64,000 nucleotides of DNA from Candidatus Bathyarchaeia archaeon (GTDB lineage Archaea > Thermoproteota > Bathyarchaeia > Bathyarchaeales > Bathycorpusculaceae). The notes beneath the pieces are model-generated. The model was given only the letters and a program-made list of their open reading frames with translations. It ran no database searches and was not told the origin of the DNA. Of the stretch, positions 1 through 8,757 are shown piece by piece. Within the stretch, counting starts at the first letter, position 1; the number at the start of each line of letters is the position of its first letter. The DNA lies in NCBI GenBank assembly GCA_038727135.1, contig JAVYWL010000001.1, positions 448,001 through 512,000 of the forward strand, given 5' to 3'. The translations under genes and the position numbers were made by a program.

Positions 1-90
1 CTCGAAAGGTTGCCTCTGCCGAAAAAGCTGATGAAGCATCAATGATACTGCGTAGGTTAAAGGAGAAAGCCGCCGCAAAACATGGAAAGG

Positions 91-837
91 CTAAGCTTCA
101 AAGGCTACTTTGAGGAAAGCCATAAGCCCTATTCCAAGAAGGATTACAAAGAGTTGAATAATAGACTCGCCAGCATGTGATTTTTTATGAAGTTCTGGCA
201 TAAGGTCCGTAGCCGCTATATAAATGAAGCCGCCAGCAGCAAAAGGAACTAGAAGAGTTTCTATGCTTCTAAGGTAAGCCAGAAAATAGGTTGCCAACGC
301 TCCCAGAATAGCTGTCACGGCTGAAATGAAATTGTAAGTTAGTGCCTTTTTTCTGCTTAATCCTCCATAGACCAGCACGCCAAAGTCGCCTATCTCCTGG
401 GGGACTTCATGGAAAATCACAGCTAAAGTTGCGGCAAAACCCAGCTCAAAGCTCACCATAAAGGTTGCGGCTATGACCATCCCATCGATGAAGTTGTGGA
501 TTCCGTCTCCAAGAAGATTTAGGTAAACGAAAGTGTGAGTTGGACATTCTTTTTCGTGGCAGTGGCGCCAATAAAGGAACTTTTCTAACGTGAAGAATGA
601 TATTATCCCGACTATAACGCACCAGAAGACTGTTGTTGCGTCATTTTCGGGTGTTAGGGATTCTGGAAGTAGATGGAAGAATGCTCCGCCTATAAGAGTG
701 CCAGAGGCAAAGCCCACTAAAACCATTGTTAGACGTTTTAGTTTATCCTCTTTTAACCCGATGAAGACTATTCCTATGAAGGCGATGAGGCTTACGGCTG
801 TCACTGATGCCAAAATTGCAATTAAATCGTTCATCAA
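91..837 (-). CDS. ZIP family (ZupT-like) divalent metal transporter
   Basis: Multi-TM; motifs GDGIHNFIDG and HEVPQEIGD; His/Cys loop HCHEKECPTH. Confidence 0.9.
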   Translation of the reverse strand: MMNDLIAILASVTAVSLIAFIGIVFIGLKEDKLKRLTMVLVGFASGTLIGGAFFHLLPESLTPENDATTVFWCVIVGIISFFTLEKFLYWRHCHEKECPTHTFVYLNLLGDGIHNFIDGMVIAATFMVSFELGFAATLAVIFHEVPQEIGDFGVLVYGGLSRKKALTYNFISAVTAILGALATYFLAYLRSIETLLVPFAAGGFIYIAATDLMPELHKKSHAGESIIQLFVILLGIGLMAFLKVAFEA

Positions 838-877
838 TCCTCAATGGTTAAAGCCTAAACTTATTAGAGTATCGGTT

Positions 878-1852
878 TCAGTCCCTAACTTTCTGGAGCA
901 TTTCACAAGCCTTACACAATATTTGCGTTGTTGGCTCCCCGCAATCGCTGCATTCCCTCAAGGTTTCTGTTCTTTCGATTTTTTGTATGGCTAGTCTAAG
1001 TTTTTCCGCCGCCTTGAAAATTGTGTATTTTATGCCAGCGTGTTTTTCCTCCATTCTATTTAGAAAGTTTCGCACATCGTTCCTTAAGGCTTCTGGGGCG
1101 TAGGGACATGGAATACTTTGAAACTTTATCTTTTGGATGTAGGCGTAGAGTGCTGTTTCCTTTTCCGGAATTTCACAGAAGGGCTTTACCCGTACCACAA
1201 GTTTTAGGTGGGTTTCGTCCGTCACTGGTTTTTCCCTCGCGATTCGATAAGGATCGCCATGAAGCATGTTAAGCAGAACTGTTTGGACTTCATCATCCAA
1301 TGTGTGGGCTGTTGCAAGCTTGTCCGCATTAACCTTTCTCGCAATTATGTTTAATGCTTTCCTTCTCAAAACACCACAGTAAGCACACGGCGATAATTCG
1401 CCTTCATTTTTGCTTTTTAACCTTTTAACAATTTCATCAAGCGTAAAACCATAAAGCTCTTTAAAGGAAATTGTGTAATGTTCCACACCAAGTTTTCTGC
1501 AGTTTTCCCCAGCAATTTTTATCGCTTCGTCTCTGTATCCAGCAATTCCTTCATCCACAGAAACCGCAACAAGCGAAGCTTTCGGATAGCCTCGCTCTAT
1601 TTTGGACAAAATGTGCAAGAGGCTCACGCTGTCCTTTCCGCCAGAAACAGCCACAGCTATTCTATCGTAAAACTCAAACATGCCATATTTAGCTATGGTG
1701 GCTCTAACTTTATTTTCAATTGATTTAACGAAGCAGCCTTTACATAGCCTCTCTCCAGAGTATGGTCTAAAGAAAAAGGCTTCCTTTCGCTTGCAGATAC
1801 TACAGAGCGCTTCGTTGCCAGCATTTTCCACTTTAATCAGTCTTCCATGCAT
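878..1852 (-). CDS. tRNA 2-thiolation protein, TtuA/Ncs6 (TIGR00269) family; start uncertain (1852 ATG or 1831 GTG; ORF open to 1921)
   Basis: PP-loop SGGKDS, CAYC and CPYA motifs, N- and C-terminal zinc fingers. Confidence 0.88.
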   Translation of the reverse strand: MHGRLIKVENAGNEALCSICKRKEAFFFRPYSGERLCKGCFVKSIENKVRATIAKYGMFEFYDRIAVAVSGGKDSVSLLHILSKIERGYPKASLVAVSVDEGIAGYRDEAIKIAGENCRKLGVEHYTISFKELYGFTLDEIVKRLKSKNEGELSPCAYCGVLRRKALNIIARKVNADKLATAHTLDDEVQTVLLNMLHGDPYRIAREKPVTDETHLKLVVRVKPFCEIPEKETALYAYIQKIKFQSIPCPYAPEALRNDVRNFLNRMEEKHAGIKYTIFKAAEKLRLAIQKIERTETLRECSDCGEPTTQILCKACEMLQKVRD

Positions 1853-1943
1853 CGTGAAGTTGCTAAGGAAATACTTTTCAAGGCGAAATTTAACGCTTCT
1901 TGAACACAGAAGAGTTTTCAAGGATAAATGGAATATCTAATGG

Positions 1944-2660
1944 TTGGATGCCATGGCTAAGAAACCTTCAAGGCTTCCAGAGGCTCTGGAAGTCGTTTAC
2001 AGCACAGAACGTTGGGCTTTGCTCAAGAAACTTAGGGCAAAGGCTTTGCAATTAATGGGGGTGCTTGCAAAGTTTAATATAGAAGCCATAACCCACGGCA
2101 GCATTGCGAGAGGAGATGTGACAGAGAAAAGCGATGTTGACATTTTCATACCCCATCCACCGTCATCTTTTCTAATTGAAACAGCTCTTGAACAGGCGGG
2201 AATACCGATAAACAGGCGACTCGTTGTGCAAGCAACACCCACATATGCAATGAAAGGCTACATCGAAATTGACGAAAAAACCAGTGTCTCGTTTCCATTA
2301 ATGAATATGCGAAGGATTGAAAGGGAATTTTACAAGTTCGGTGGTGAAGCGACATTTGAAGTTTTGAAATCTGGAGCGCGAGTTGCCGGCGTGGATAAAC
2401 GCCTAATGCTCATTGAGCCCACTGAGAAAGGACATAAAGAAAGCGGGATAGTTGGCCAAGAAGAACATGTTGCCAAAACGTTGAAAATTTCTGTAGAAAC
2501 AGTTCTTGATAGGGTTCACGCCCTTCTGAGAAGGAACGAGGTGGGCAGAACTGGTGTTTTTCTCCAAAAGGAGCTAGCTGAGAGCGAAACCTTCGAGTTA
2601 GCTTTGAAAAAATTGGCAGAAGAAAATCCAGCCATTCGAAGGAGACTAAAAACCCTTTAA
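1944..2660 (+). CDS. Predicted nucleotidyltransferase (Pol-beta-like, COG2413-like)
   Basis: GSIARGDV..SDVDIF motif; C-terminal VAGVDKRL and GRTGVF. Confidence 0.8.
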   Translation: MDAMAKKPSRLPEALEVVYSTERWALLKKLRAKALQLMGVLAKFNIEAITHGSIARGDVTEKSDVDIFIPHPPSSFLIETALEQAGIPINRRLVVQATPTYAMKGYIEIDEKTSVSFPLMNMRRIEREFYKFGGEATFEVLKSGARVAGVDKRLMLIEPTEKGHKESGIVGQEEHVAKTLKISVETVLDRVHALLRRNEVGRTGVFLQKELAESETFELALKKLAEENPAIRRRLKTL

Positions 2661-3745
2661 GCCAACTGCATTGGCGGTGCAAACCTTAGAAGGGCGGCCA
2701 CACCGCCTAAAGCAACGAGTTTTGCTCCAGCCTCGTGTTCTGTGCTTATAACCATGACTTTTCCGCCTTTCTGCTCCACATCCTTCATTAATCGCTCCAA
2801 GGATAAGCGCTCCTCATCCTCTGCCCCACGCAATGTTGTGTCAGCCAAAACTAGTACATCAACAGCTCCGTACTCCGAGGCCTTACGAGCTTCGTCTAAA
2901 CCGTAAACCACTGTTCGCTCGCCTTTGCCGAGCCTTTTCAGAATTTCCTCAACAACTTCGGTTTCCTCAACGATTCTCAAGTGCTTCATAGTCTTTGTTA
3001 GGACTCCTGAGCGGATAGCCTCATAAATGCCTGCGACACCACTGTTGTTTACGCTTTTCACGTCGGCGACTGATTTGGCCATTTCTGGATCTTCTTTCTC
3101 CAGAAACTTTGCAAAGTCGTTTTTTATGAAGCCTACGCCAATTATGGCGATTGGGCTGCGGGCTTCGCTCCAGATTTGGCGCAAATTGTTAAACACGTTT
3201 TGGAAGAACTCTTTGACCGCCTCGCTTCTTTTTTCAGCCTCAAGTTTTCCCGGAAGCCTTGTATGTTCCTCCACTTTTACTTCAACGCCATACTGAGTCG
3301 TTGTGGCTATTGCGAAGCCTTCATCATCTATCGCCACAATTATTATGGGCTTTTCCGAAGTTTTCTTGGCTATCTCCAATCTTTCAAGCTGGTGACTCGC
3401 CCACTCCTCCTTTACGATAGTTACTGGCGAATTCAAAGTAATATTCAACGTGTGATGTGCACCTGTCGGGATTATTTCTGGTGCATGGCATATTGTTCCA
3501 TGAACCCTAAGTCTTCCAAGGAGCTTGTCCCAAGCAACCTTTTCCACTTTAACGCCCATGAAAACTGAAATCCTTTCGCCCCGCCTCCCCCTAGAATATT
3601 TCTCGTCCTGTTTTATCTCTCGTGACGTGTAGGCGTAAACCTCGTCGCCCACATAGATAATGTTGTAGAGATGCCACAGATCGTCAAAAGTTTCTGGGAT
3701 AACCTTTACAAAGCCCTTTTTTAAGTTCATCTCCAGAATCTTCAA
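2657..3745 (-). CDS. pelA: mRNA surveillance protein Pelota
   Basis: DDLWHLYNII, GAHHTL, LGGVAALLRF eRF1-like C-terminus; no GGQ. Confidence 0.95.
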   Translation of the reverse strand: MKILEMNLKKGFVKVIPETFDDLWHLYNIIYVGDEVYAYTSREIKQDEKYSRGRRGERISVFMGVKVEKVAWDKLLGRLRVHGTICHAPEIIPTGAHHTLNITLNSPVTIVKEEWASHQLERLEIAKKTSEKPIIIVAIDDEGFAIATTTQYGVEVKVEEHTRLPGKLEAEKRSEAVKEFFQNVFNNLRQIWSEARSPIAIIGVGFIKNDFAKFLEKEDPEMAKSVADVKSVNNSGVAGIYEAIRSGVLTKTMKHLRIVEETEVVEEILKRLGKGERTVVYGLDEARKASEYGAVDVLVLADTTLRGAEDEERLSLERLMKDVEQKGGKVMVISTEHEAGAKLVALGGVAALLRFAPPMQLA

Positions 3746-3769
3746 CGATTTTCCTCTTCCGTTAGTCGC

Positions 3770-4210
3770 TTAATTCAATACTTGCGGGTGTGGGGGTCTT
3801 ACAAGCTCTTCTAATATGCTGAGCATGTCTGGAACCTTTGTCACAATGTCGGTAAAAGTGATAATGCCCACAAGCTCATCGTTATTTCTTGTAACAAGGA
3901 GCCGCTTAATGCCTTTTTTCGCCATCAACTTGGCAGCCTCATTTATACTTGCATTCTCATCAATTGTTACCACGGGGCTTGTCATAATCTGCCTAGCCGT
4001 CAAAGTTTCCGGCGCCAAACATGGCTCAACAATCCTCCTTAAAATATCCCGCTCAGTAATTATCCCGACCGGTCTATCGCCTTGAACAACCACAACAGAG
4101 CCTATATCAAACTTGTTCATTGTAGCAACAACCTCTTTAACACTCGAGTCGGGACGCACAACGCGAACGTTCTTTGACATGACATCCCTAACAAGAACAA
4201 TTCCAGCCAA
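3770..4210 (-). CDS. CBS domain pair protein (likely TTG start at 4210 after GGAGG)
   Basis: Two CBS repeats (VRDVMS..GIITERDI; IMTSPV..GIITFTDI). Confidence 0.88.
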   Translation of the reverse strand: MAGIVLVRDVMSKNVRVVRPDSSVKEVVATMNKFDIGSVVVVQGDRPVGIITERDILRRIVEPCLAPETLTARQIMTSPVVTIDENASINEAAKLMAKKGIKRLLVTRNNDELVGIITFTDIVTKVPDMLSILEELVRPPHPQVLN

Positions 4211-4303
4211 ACCAGCAACCTCCAAACTATGGATACTGCCCAAAGTATTAAACTATTCCGACAGCAAAATCCTTAATAAACGTCCTCGTAACGTTTACAT
4301 CTT

Positions 4304-4378
4304 GGGCCGGTAGATCAGCCTGGAATGATCGCAGCGTTGGCATCGCTGAGGTCGCGGGTTCAAATCCCGCCCGGTCCA
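4304..4378 (+). tRNA. tRNA-Ala(GGC)
   Basis: Cloverleaf; anticodon loop TT-GGC-AT; G3:U70 Ala identity pair; TTCAAAT T-loop. Confidence 0.96.
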
Positions 4379-4420
4379 TTCTTCTTAACATTTAAAAAAA
4401 AGGCTTTTGACGCGTAAATT

Positions 4421-4451
4421 TTTTATATCCTTGGATGGATAATCCATCCAA
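4421..4451 (+). promoter_or_regulatory. TATA box followed by a perfect 21-bp palindrome (candidate repressor operator)
   Basis: TTTTATAT at 4421-4428, then TTGGATGGAT-A-ATCCATCCAA at 4431-4451, just upstream of the GGAG SD of the 4469 gene. Confidence 0.7.
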
Positions 4452-4468
4452 CAAAAGGAGAAATTGAC

Positions 4469-5929
4469 TTGAGAGAAAAAATACTTGTATTACTTGCAAT
4501 TGTCTGTTTTTGCACAATGGTGTATTGTCCTCAAGTAAAAATATGCGCCGCACAAGGCCTCGATTTCAAACTAGTGGATGTACTACTCGATTATGGAAAT
4601 GGAACACGCGTGTGGGCCTCATGCATACTGCAATCCGGTGCCTACACCGTATACAATGCAACACGGCTGGTCGCATCATCTTTAAATGTCACATGGTATG
4701 ATGGTTTAGCCTTTGTGGAAGCCATAGATGGTGTTTGGAATAGTTATCCCTACTTTTGGATTTGGTGGTATTGGAACAGTTCTGAATTCCGGTGGGTTAT
4801 GGGACCGGTGGCATGTAACCAGTATGTCCTTGAAGACTGCGACATAGTGGCATGGTACTATGAAGACTGTATCGGTTGGCCTCCTAGCCCTCCACCAGAT
4901 CCTCCCGTGACAAAAGTTGATGTTTTACTGGATTACGGAAATGGAACCATAACTTGGTATGAAAATTTAGAAGTGCTTGGCTTCGCTTCGGTTTTGAAAG
5001 CTACAAAGGCCGTTGCCACTGTGGAATATTCTTTGTGGGGCACCGACGTCTTTGTTGACGCCATAAACAATGTCTGGAACGACTACATCTCATTCGTCTA
5101 CTTCTGGATTTACTGGTACTGGAACCACTCGGCCAAGTGCTGGGAGGCAGGAGCTGTTGCATGCAACAAGCACCTGCTTTCTAGTGGGGACATCATAGCA
5201 TGGTACTATGAAGACTGCACCACGTGGCCGTTGGCACCGCCAACTCTAACACCGCATCCTAAAGCCAGCTTCACATGGGCGCCCGATATTCCCAAGGTTG
5301 GCCAAACTGTAACCTTTGACGCTTCAGCCTCAAAGCCTAACGGAGGCACTATAATTGACTATGCATGGAATTTTGGAGATGGAAGCGTAGCCCATGGCAA
5401 AATTGTTGCCCATACTTACAATAGTCCAGGAACATATATTGTAACGCTAAATGTCACAGACAGCAGCGGCCTATGGGACGTTGAACAGAAACAGATAATG
5501 GTAGTTCAGCCTTACGGCCCTAAAGCGAACTTTGAGGCTTTCCCAGAAACCGCAAAGGTTGGAGAAAAAATAAAGTTTGATGCTTCAGCTTCCCTCTCGG
5601 GATGGAATGGAACACACACGATGCCGATAACAGAGTACCGTTGGAACTTCGGCGACGGAAACATAACAGTCACAAACCAGCCAATAATATACCATAGCTA
5701 TAGCGCGGCGGGAAACTATTACGTAACATTGACTGTTTACGCACCCGGCGCAACCCCAGATACAGATTCTGCAACGGTGAAAGTAACAGTGTTCGCGGTG
5801 CCTGTTGGAGGCCAATCGGTTTCCGTGAAAACACCTGCCGCAGAAAAAGGCCTAGCGGTCTATCTGGTTTTGGTGGCGCTTATTACTGCCACTTTTGCAG
5901 TTTTAAAGCGCAAGTCCATAAGAAGATGA
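4469..5929 (+). CDS. Cell-surface protein: signal peptide, two DUF4430/transcobalamin-beta-like domains, two PKD domains, C-terminal anchor
   Basis: Tandem repeats VDVLLDYGNGT..FV(E/D)AI..FWI.WYW..VACN..AWYYEDC; two WNFGDG PKD motifs; PVGG + TM + KRK tail. Confidence 0.75.
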   Translation: MREKILVLLAIVCFCTMVYCPQVKICAAQGLDFKLVDVLLDYGNGTRVWASCILQSGAYTVYNATRLVASSLNVTWYDGLAFVEAIDGVWNSYPYFWIWWYWNSSEFRWVMGPVACNQYVLEDCDIVAWYYEDCIGWPPSPPPDPPVTKVDVLLDYGNGTITWYENLEVLGFASVLKATKAVATVEYSLWGTDVFVDAINNVWNDYISFVYFWIYWYWNHSAKCWEAGAVACNKHLLSSGDIIAWYYEDCTTWPLAPPTLTPHPKASFTWAPDIPKVGQTVTFDASASKPNGGTIIDYAWNFGDGSVAHGKIVAHTYNSPGTYIVTLNVTDSSGLWDVEQKQIMVVQPYGPKANFEAFPETAKVGEKIKFDASASLSGWNGTHTMPITEYRWNFGDGNITVTNQPIIYHSYSAAGNYYVTLTVYAPGATPDTDSATVKVTVFAVPVGGQSVSVKTPAAEKGLAVYLVLVALITATFAVLKRKSIRR

Positions 5930-7722
5930 TGCCTATGAAAAAGTCTGGAAACACCCATTACATGGTGGTCCTCGGCTTCCTACTCCTGTTACTGCTTTTC
6001 TCCCTTCTATTTCTTGTTGGAAAGAATAACGGGGCAACATCCGACGTTGGAGGAGAAACTTCACGAGAGAGTGATGCTGAGGATCATGTCTCCGTTTCTG
6101 AAACAACACCATTTAGTGGGGAAAACCCCCTGTCTAAAGCCTTAAACTATTTGAAAAACATTCAACAATCTGATGGCAAAATATCGGATTTCGCAACCTC
6201 ATGTTGGGCGGTTATGGCGATTGCCGCCGCTGGCGAAGACCCCCACAGCTGGAAGGGATCAAGCGGAAAATCCATAGTTGACTACCTAATCGAGAACAGA
6301 GGCCAAGTTAATTTGAACGTTCCCACGGATGTTGCACGGTTTATTTTGGCAATGACCGCCGCTGGAGAGAATCCAAGAAACATAGGCGGCACAAATTATG
6401 TTGAAATTCTTAAAGGCTTCTTTTCCAATGGTCAGATTGGAAGCGAATCGCAATTAAATGACGACTTTTGGGCTATTATGGCGCTGGTTTCAGCTGGCGA
6501 GGCTGCAAACTCAACAATTATTCAAGGGTCAGTTAACTTTATTAAAGCACATCAGAATGCTGATGGTGGTTGGAGTTGGGCTGTTGGCGAGACAAGCGAC
6601 GTGGACGACACTGCTGCAGCGATTATGGCTTTGGTTTCCGCTAGCGAAGACAGTTCAACGAGCAACATTGCAAACGCACTTCAGTATTTAAAAGGCCAAC
6701 AACAACCTAATGGCGGATTTCCATGTTTTGGCGTTATAAACAGCGCTTCCGATTCTTGGGCTATAGGCGCCATATGCAGCGCTGGGCAAAACCCAAGAGA
6801 CTGGAAAGTGAACAACATAAGCGTGATCGACCACCTCTTAAGTCTCCAAAATGCTGATGGCTCGTTCAATTGGACGTCAAGCACTCCAGCCAACAAGGCG
6901 CTTATGACGTCCTATGCCATCGTCGCTCTATGTTCGAGACAGTATCCAACCAACGGCTTACCCGTCTACGTTAGAATTGAAGGAAAGCAAATAACCATTT
7001 GGCGGCGCAAAGTTTTCGTGGCGGCATCCATAATCGTCGACGACGCCGGACAAACACACTATCTGCCAAAGCCAACGGTGCTTGGAGCCTTAGACAAGGC
7101 GTCTGAAATCGGCGGATTCGCTTATAAAGTTAGACAAACAGCCTACGGCTTATACGTCTACTTGATAGCTGGAGAGGAAGCCACTGGACTATCCGGGTGG
7201 ATGTACCGTGTAGACTATTACATGCCTAATGTTGGCATGGCTGATTTTGAATGGAATGTTACATCGCCTCCAAACCCGCCCCACAAGGAACTGCTAATTT
7301 ATTATGGTGATTGGACCAGTATGCCGCTGAAAATTTGGGTGAACAAGACTGAAGTACATCTTGGAGAAAACATAACGGTGCTTGTGATATACTACAATGA
7401 CACAAGCGGTGGTTGGCATCCCCTCCAAGGAGCAGCGGTTCACTTCCTAAACAGAAGATACACAACCAATGCAACAGGCTATGTGACCATTACCGTGAGG
7501 TACGACCCGCCCGTCTGGGCTGAAAAGGAAGGTTTCATACGAAGTGACATAATCGAAGTTAAGATAATCAACAATCCAATAAGCTCTAACACAGCAAGTA
7601 ATCAACAAAATTCTGAAAATACAACTCAAAAGAACGAAATAAACTCCTCCCTTTCTTTCGGATTTCTTGAGAGGCAGCTAGCTTGGCTAACATTTCAGTT
7701 TTGTGAAATAATAATCCGCTGA
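5926..7722 (+). CDS. Membrane-anchored protein: prenyltransferase/squalene-cyclase-like repeat barrel + DUF4430-like domain + Ig-like domain
   Basis: N-terminal TM; QxxDGG(W/F)-type repeats (QQSDG, QNADGGW, QQPNGGF, QNADGSF); GLYVYLIAG..SGWMYRV beta-domain motif. Confidence 0.75.
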   Translation: MMPMKKSGNTHYMVVLGFLLLLLLFSLLFLVGKNNGATSDVGGETSRESDAEDHVSVSETTPFSGENPLSKALNYLKNIQQSDGKISDFATSCWAVMAIAAAGEDPHSWKGSSGKSIVDYLIENRGQVNLNVPTDVARFILAMTAAGENPRNIGGTNYVEILKGFFSNGQIGSESQLNDDFWAIMALVSAGEAANSTIIQGSVNFIKAHQNADGGWSWAVGETSDVDDTAAAIMALVSASEDSSTSNIANALQYLKGQQQPNGGFPCFGVINSASDSWAIGAICSAGQNPRDWKVNNISVIDHLLSLQNADGSFNWTSSTPANKALMTSYAIVALCSRQYPTNGLPVYVRIEGKQITIWRRKVFVAASIIVDDAGQTHYLPKPTVLGALDKASEIGGFAYKVRQTAYGLYVYLIAGEEATGLSGWMYRVDYYMPNVGMADFEWNVTSPPNPPHKELLIYYGDWTSMPLKIWVNKTEVHLGENITVLVIYYNDTSGGWHPLQGAAVHFLNRRYTTNATGYVTITVRYDPPVWAEKEGFIRSDIIEVKIINNPISSNTASNQQNSENTTQKNEINSSLSFGFLERQLAWLTFQFCEIIIR

Positions 7723-7746
7723 ATCTAACATGAACTGGTGGGCTGA

Positions 7747-8304
7747 ATGGATTGCAGACGTGTTGCAATGTTGACAATACTAACGGCATTATGCGTTGCG
7801 CTTCAGATAACCCCAAGGCCACCTAACGTTGAGGCCACATCCCTCATCTCCTTTTTGGTTGGATTCTTGTTCGGCGCAAGCTTCGGAGCTATTTTAGGAG
7901 CCTTAACAATGTTTATTAACGGATTTCTTTCGCCATGGGGTCTTGCCGGGATAATAATGCCCTTCCAAATGGTTGGGATGGCCCTAATAGGGCTCGCTGG
8001 AGGAGTTTACCGCAAAGTTTTAGGTGGAAATCCCAAAGAGGTAGTCAATACCACAAAAATTTTAAAATTGGAAGTTTCATTCCTTGCGGCTTTCCTCACC
8101 CTCATATATGATATACTGACGAATATTGGCTGGGCTCTGCCTTCAGAAACACCAATTATTGCCGCATTAATCCAAGGCGTATGGTACAGCGTAATCCACG
8201 TAGTGTCAAATGCCGTGTTTTTCGGAGGAGCATTTTTTATTCTGGTTAGGATTATAGGCAATCTGCTAGGTGAAAATCTATGGATATCACAAAAAGAAGC
8301 TTAG
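7747..8304 (+). CDS. ECF transporter S component (CbrT-like, probably cobalamin)
   Basis: ~185 aa, hydrophobic; PNVEATS loop and HVVSN near C-terminus as in CbrT-type S components; DUF4430 context. Confidence 0.72.
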   Translation: MDCRRVAMLTILTALCVALQITPRPPNVEATSLISFLVGFLFGASFGAILGALTMFINGFLSPWGLAGIIMPFQMVGMALIGLAGGVYRKVLGGNPKEVVNTTKILKLEVSFLAAFLTLIYDILTNIGWALPSETPIIAALIQGVWYSVIHVVSNAVFFGGAFFILVRIIGNLLGENLWISQKEA

Positions 8305-8744
8305 TGATATTTGGCTTAGGATGGCTAACCTCCCTCGTGCTTATAGGCTGTATTGCCGGATACTATTACGTAGAATACCAAAACTTGCTCAAAAGATTTG
8401 AAGAGTACAAGCGCCAGCCCTTGTTTATGCGCGTCAATATATGCATTAATTACGCTGAGTGGAACGGAACCTCAGTTTGGTATAATAACACGTTTGTACC
8501 TTTAGGGTGCAGCCTTTTAAATGCAACCCAGATGGTTGCAGTTGTAAGCTTCACTTATTGGGAATCGTATGATGCAAGTTTTGTAGACGCTATAAACAAC
8601 ATCGCAAACAGCGGAGGTAGGTACTGGATGTGGTACCGTTGGACAGGTAGCCGTTGGGAATACGGGCATGTCGGTGCAGATAAATATGTTTTATCCCCTG
8701 AAGAGACGGTGATGTGGCGATACGAGACTCCACATTACCCATGA
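8280..8744 (+). CDS. Membrane-anchored single DUF4430/transcobalamin-beta-like domain protein
   Basis: N-terminal TM; FVDAINN..YWMWY..VGADKYVL..MWRY. Confidence 0.75.
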   Translation: MDITKRSLVIFGLGWLTSLVLIGCIAGYYYVEYQNLLKRFEEYKRQPLFMRVNICINYAEWNGTSVWYNNTFVPLGCSLLNATQMVAVVSFTYWESYDASFVDAINNIANSGGRYWMWYRWTGSRWEYGHVGADKYVLSPEETVMWRYETPHYP

Positions 8745-8757
8745 GGAGACAATGCTT

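Noticed and set aside
3-113. Open frame at the left edge, possibly a gene 3' end
   Set aside because: Too short to assign, and it overlaps the ZIP gene stop
5926-7000. Squalene-hopene/terpene cyclase call
   Set aside because: Single extracellular barrel fused to DUF4430 in a transporter operon; despite DVDDTA, a binding role fits better
4379-8757. tRNA-Ala-linked genomic island for the DUF4430 operon
   Set aside because: No integrase and no repeat of the tRNA 3' end seen
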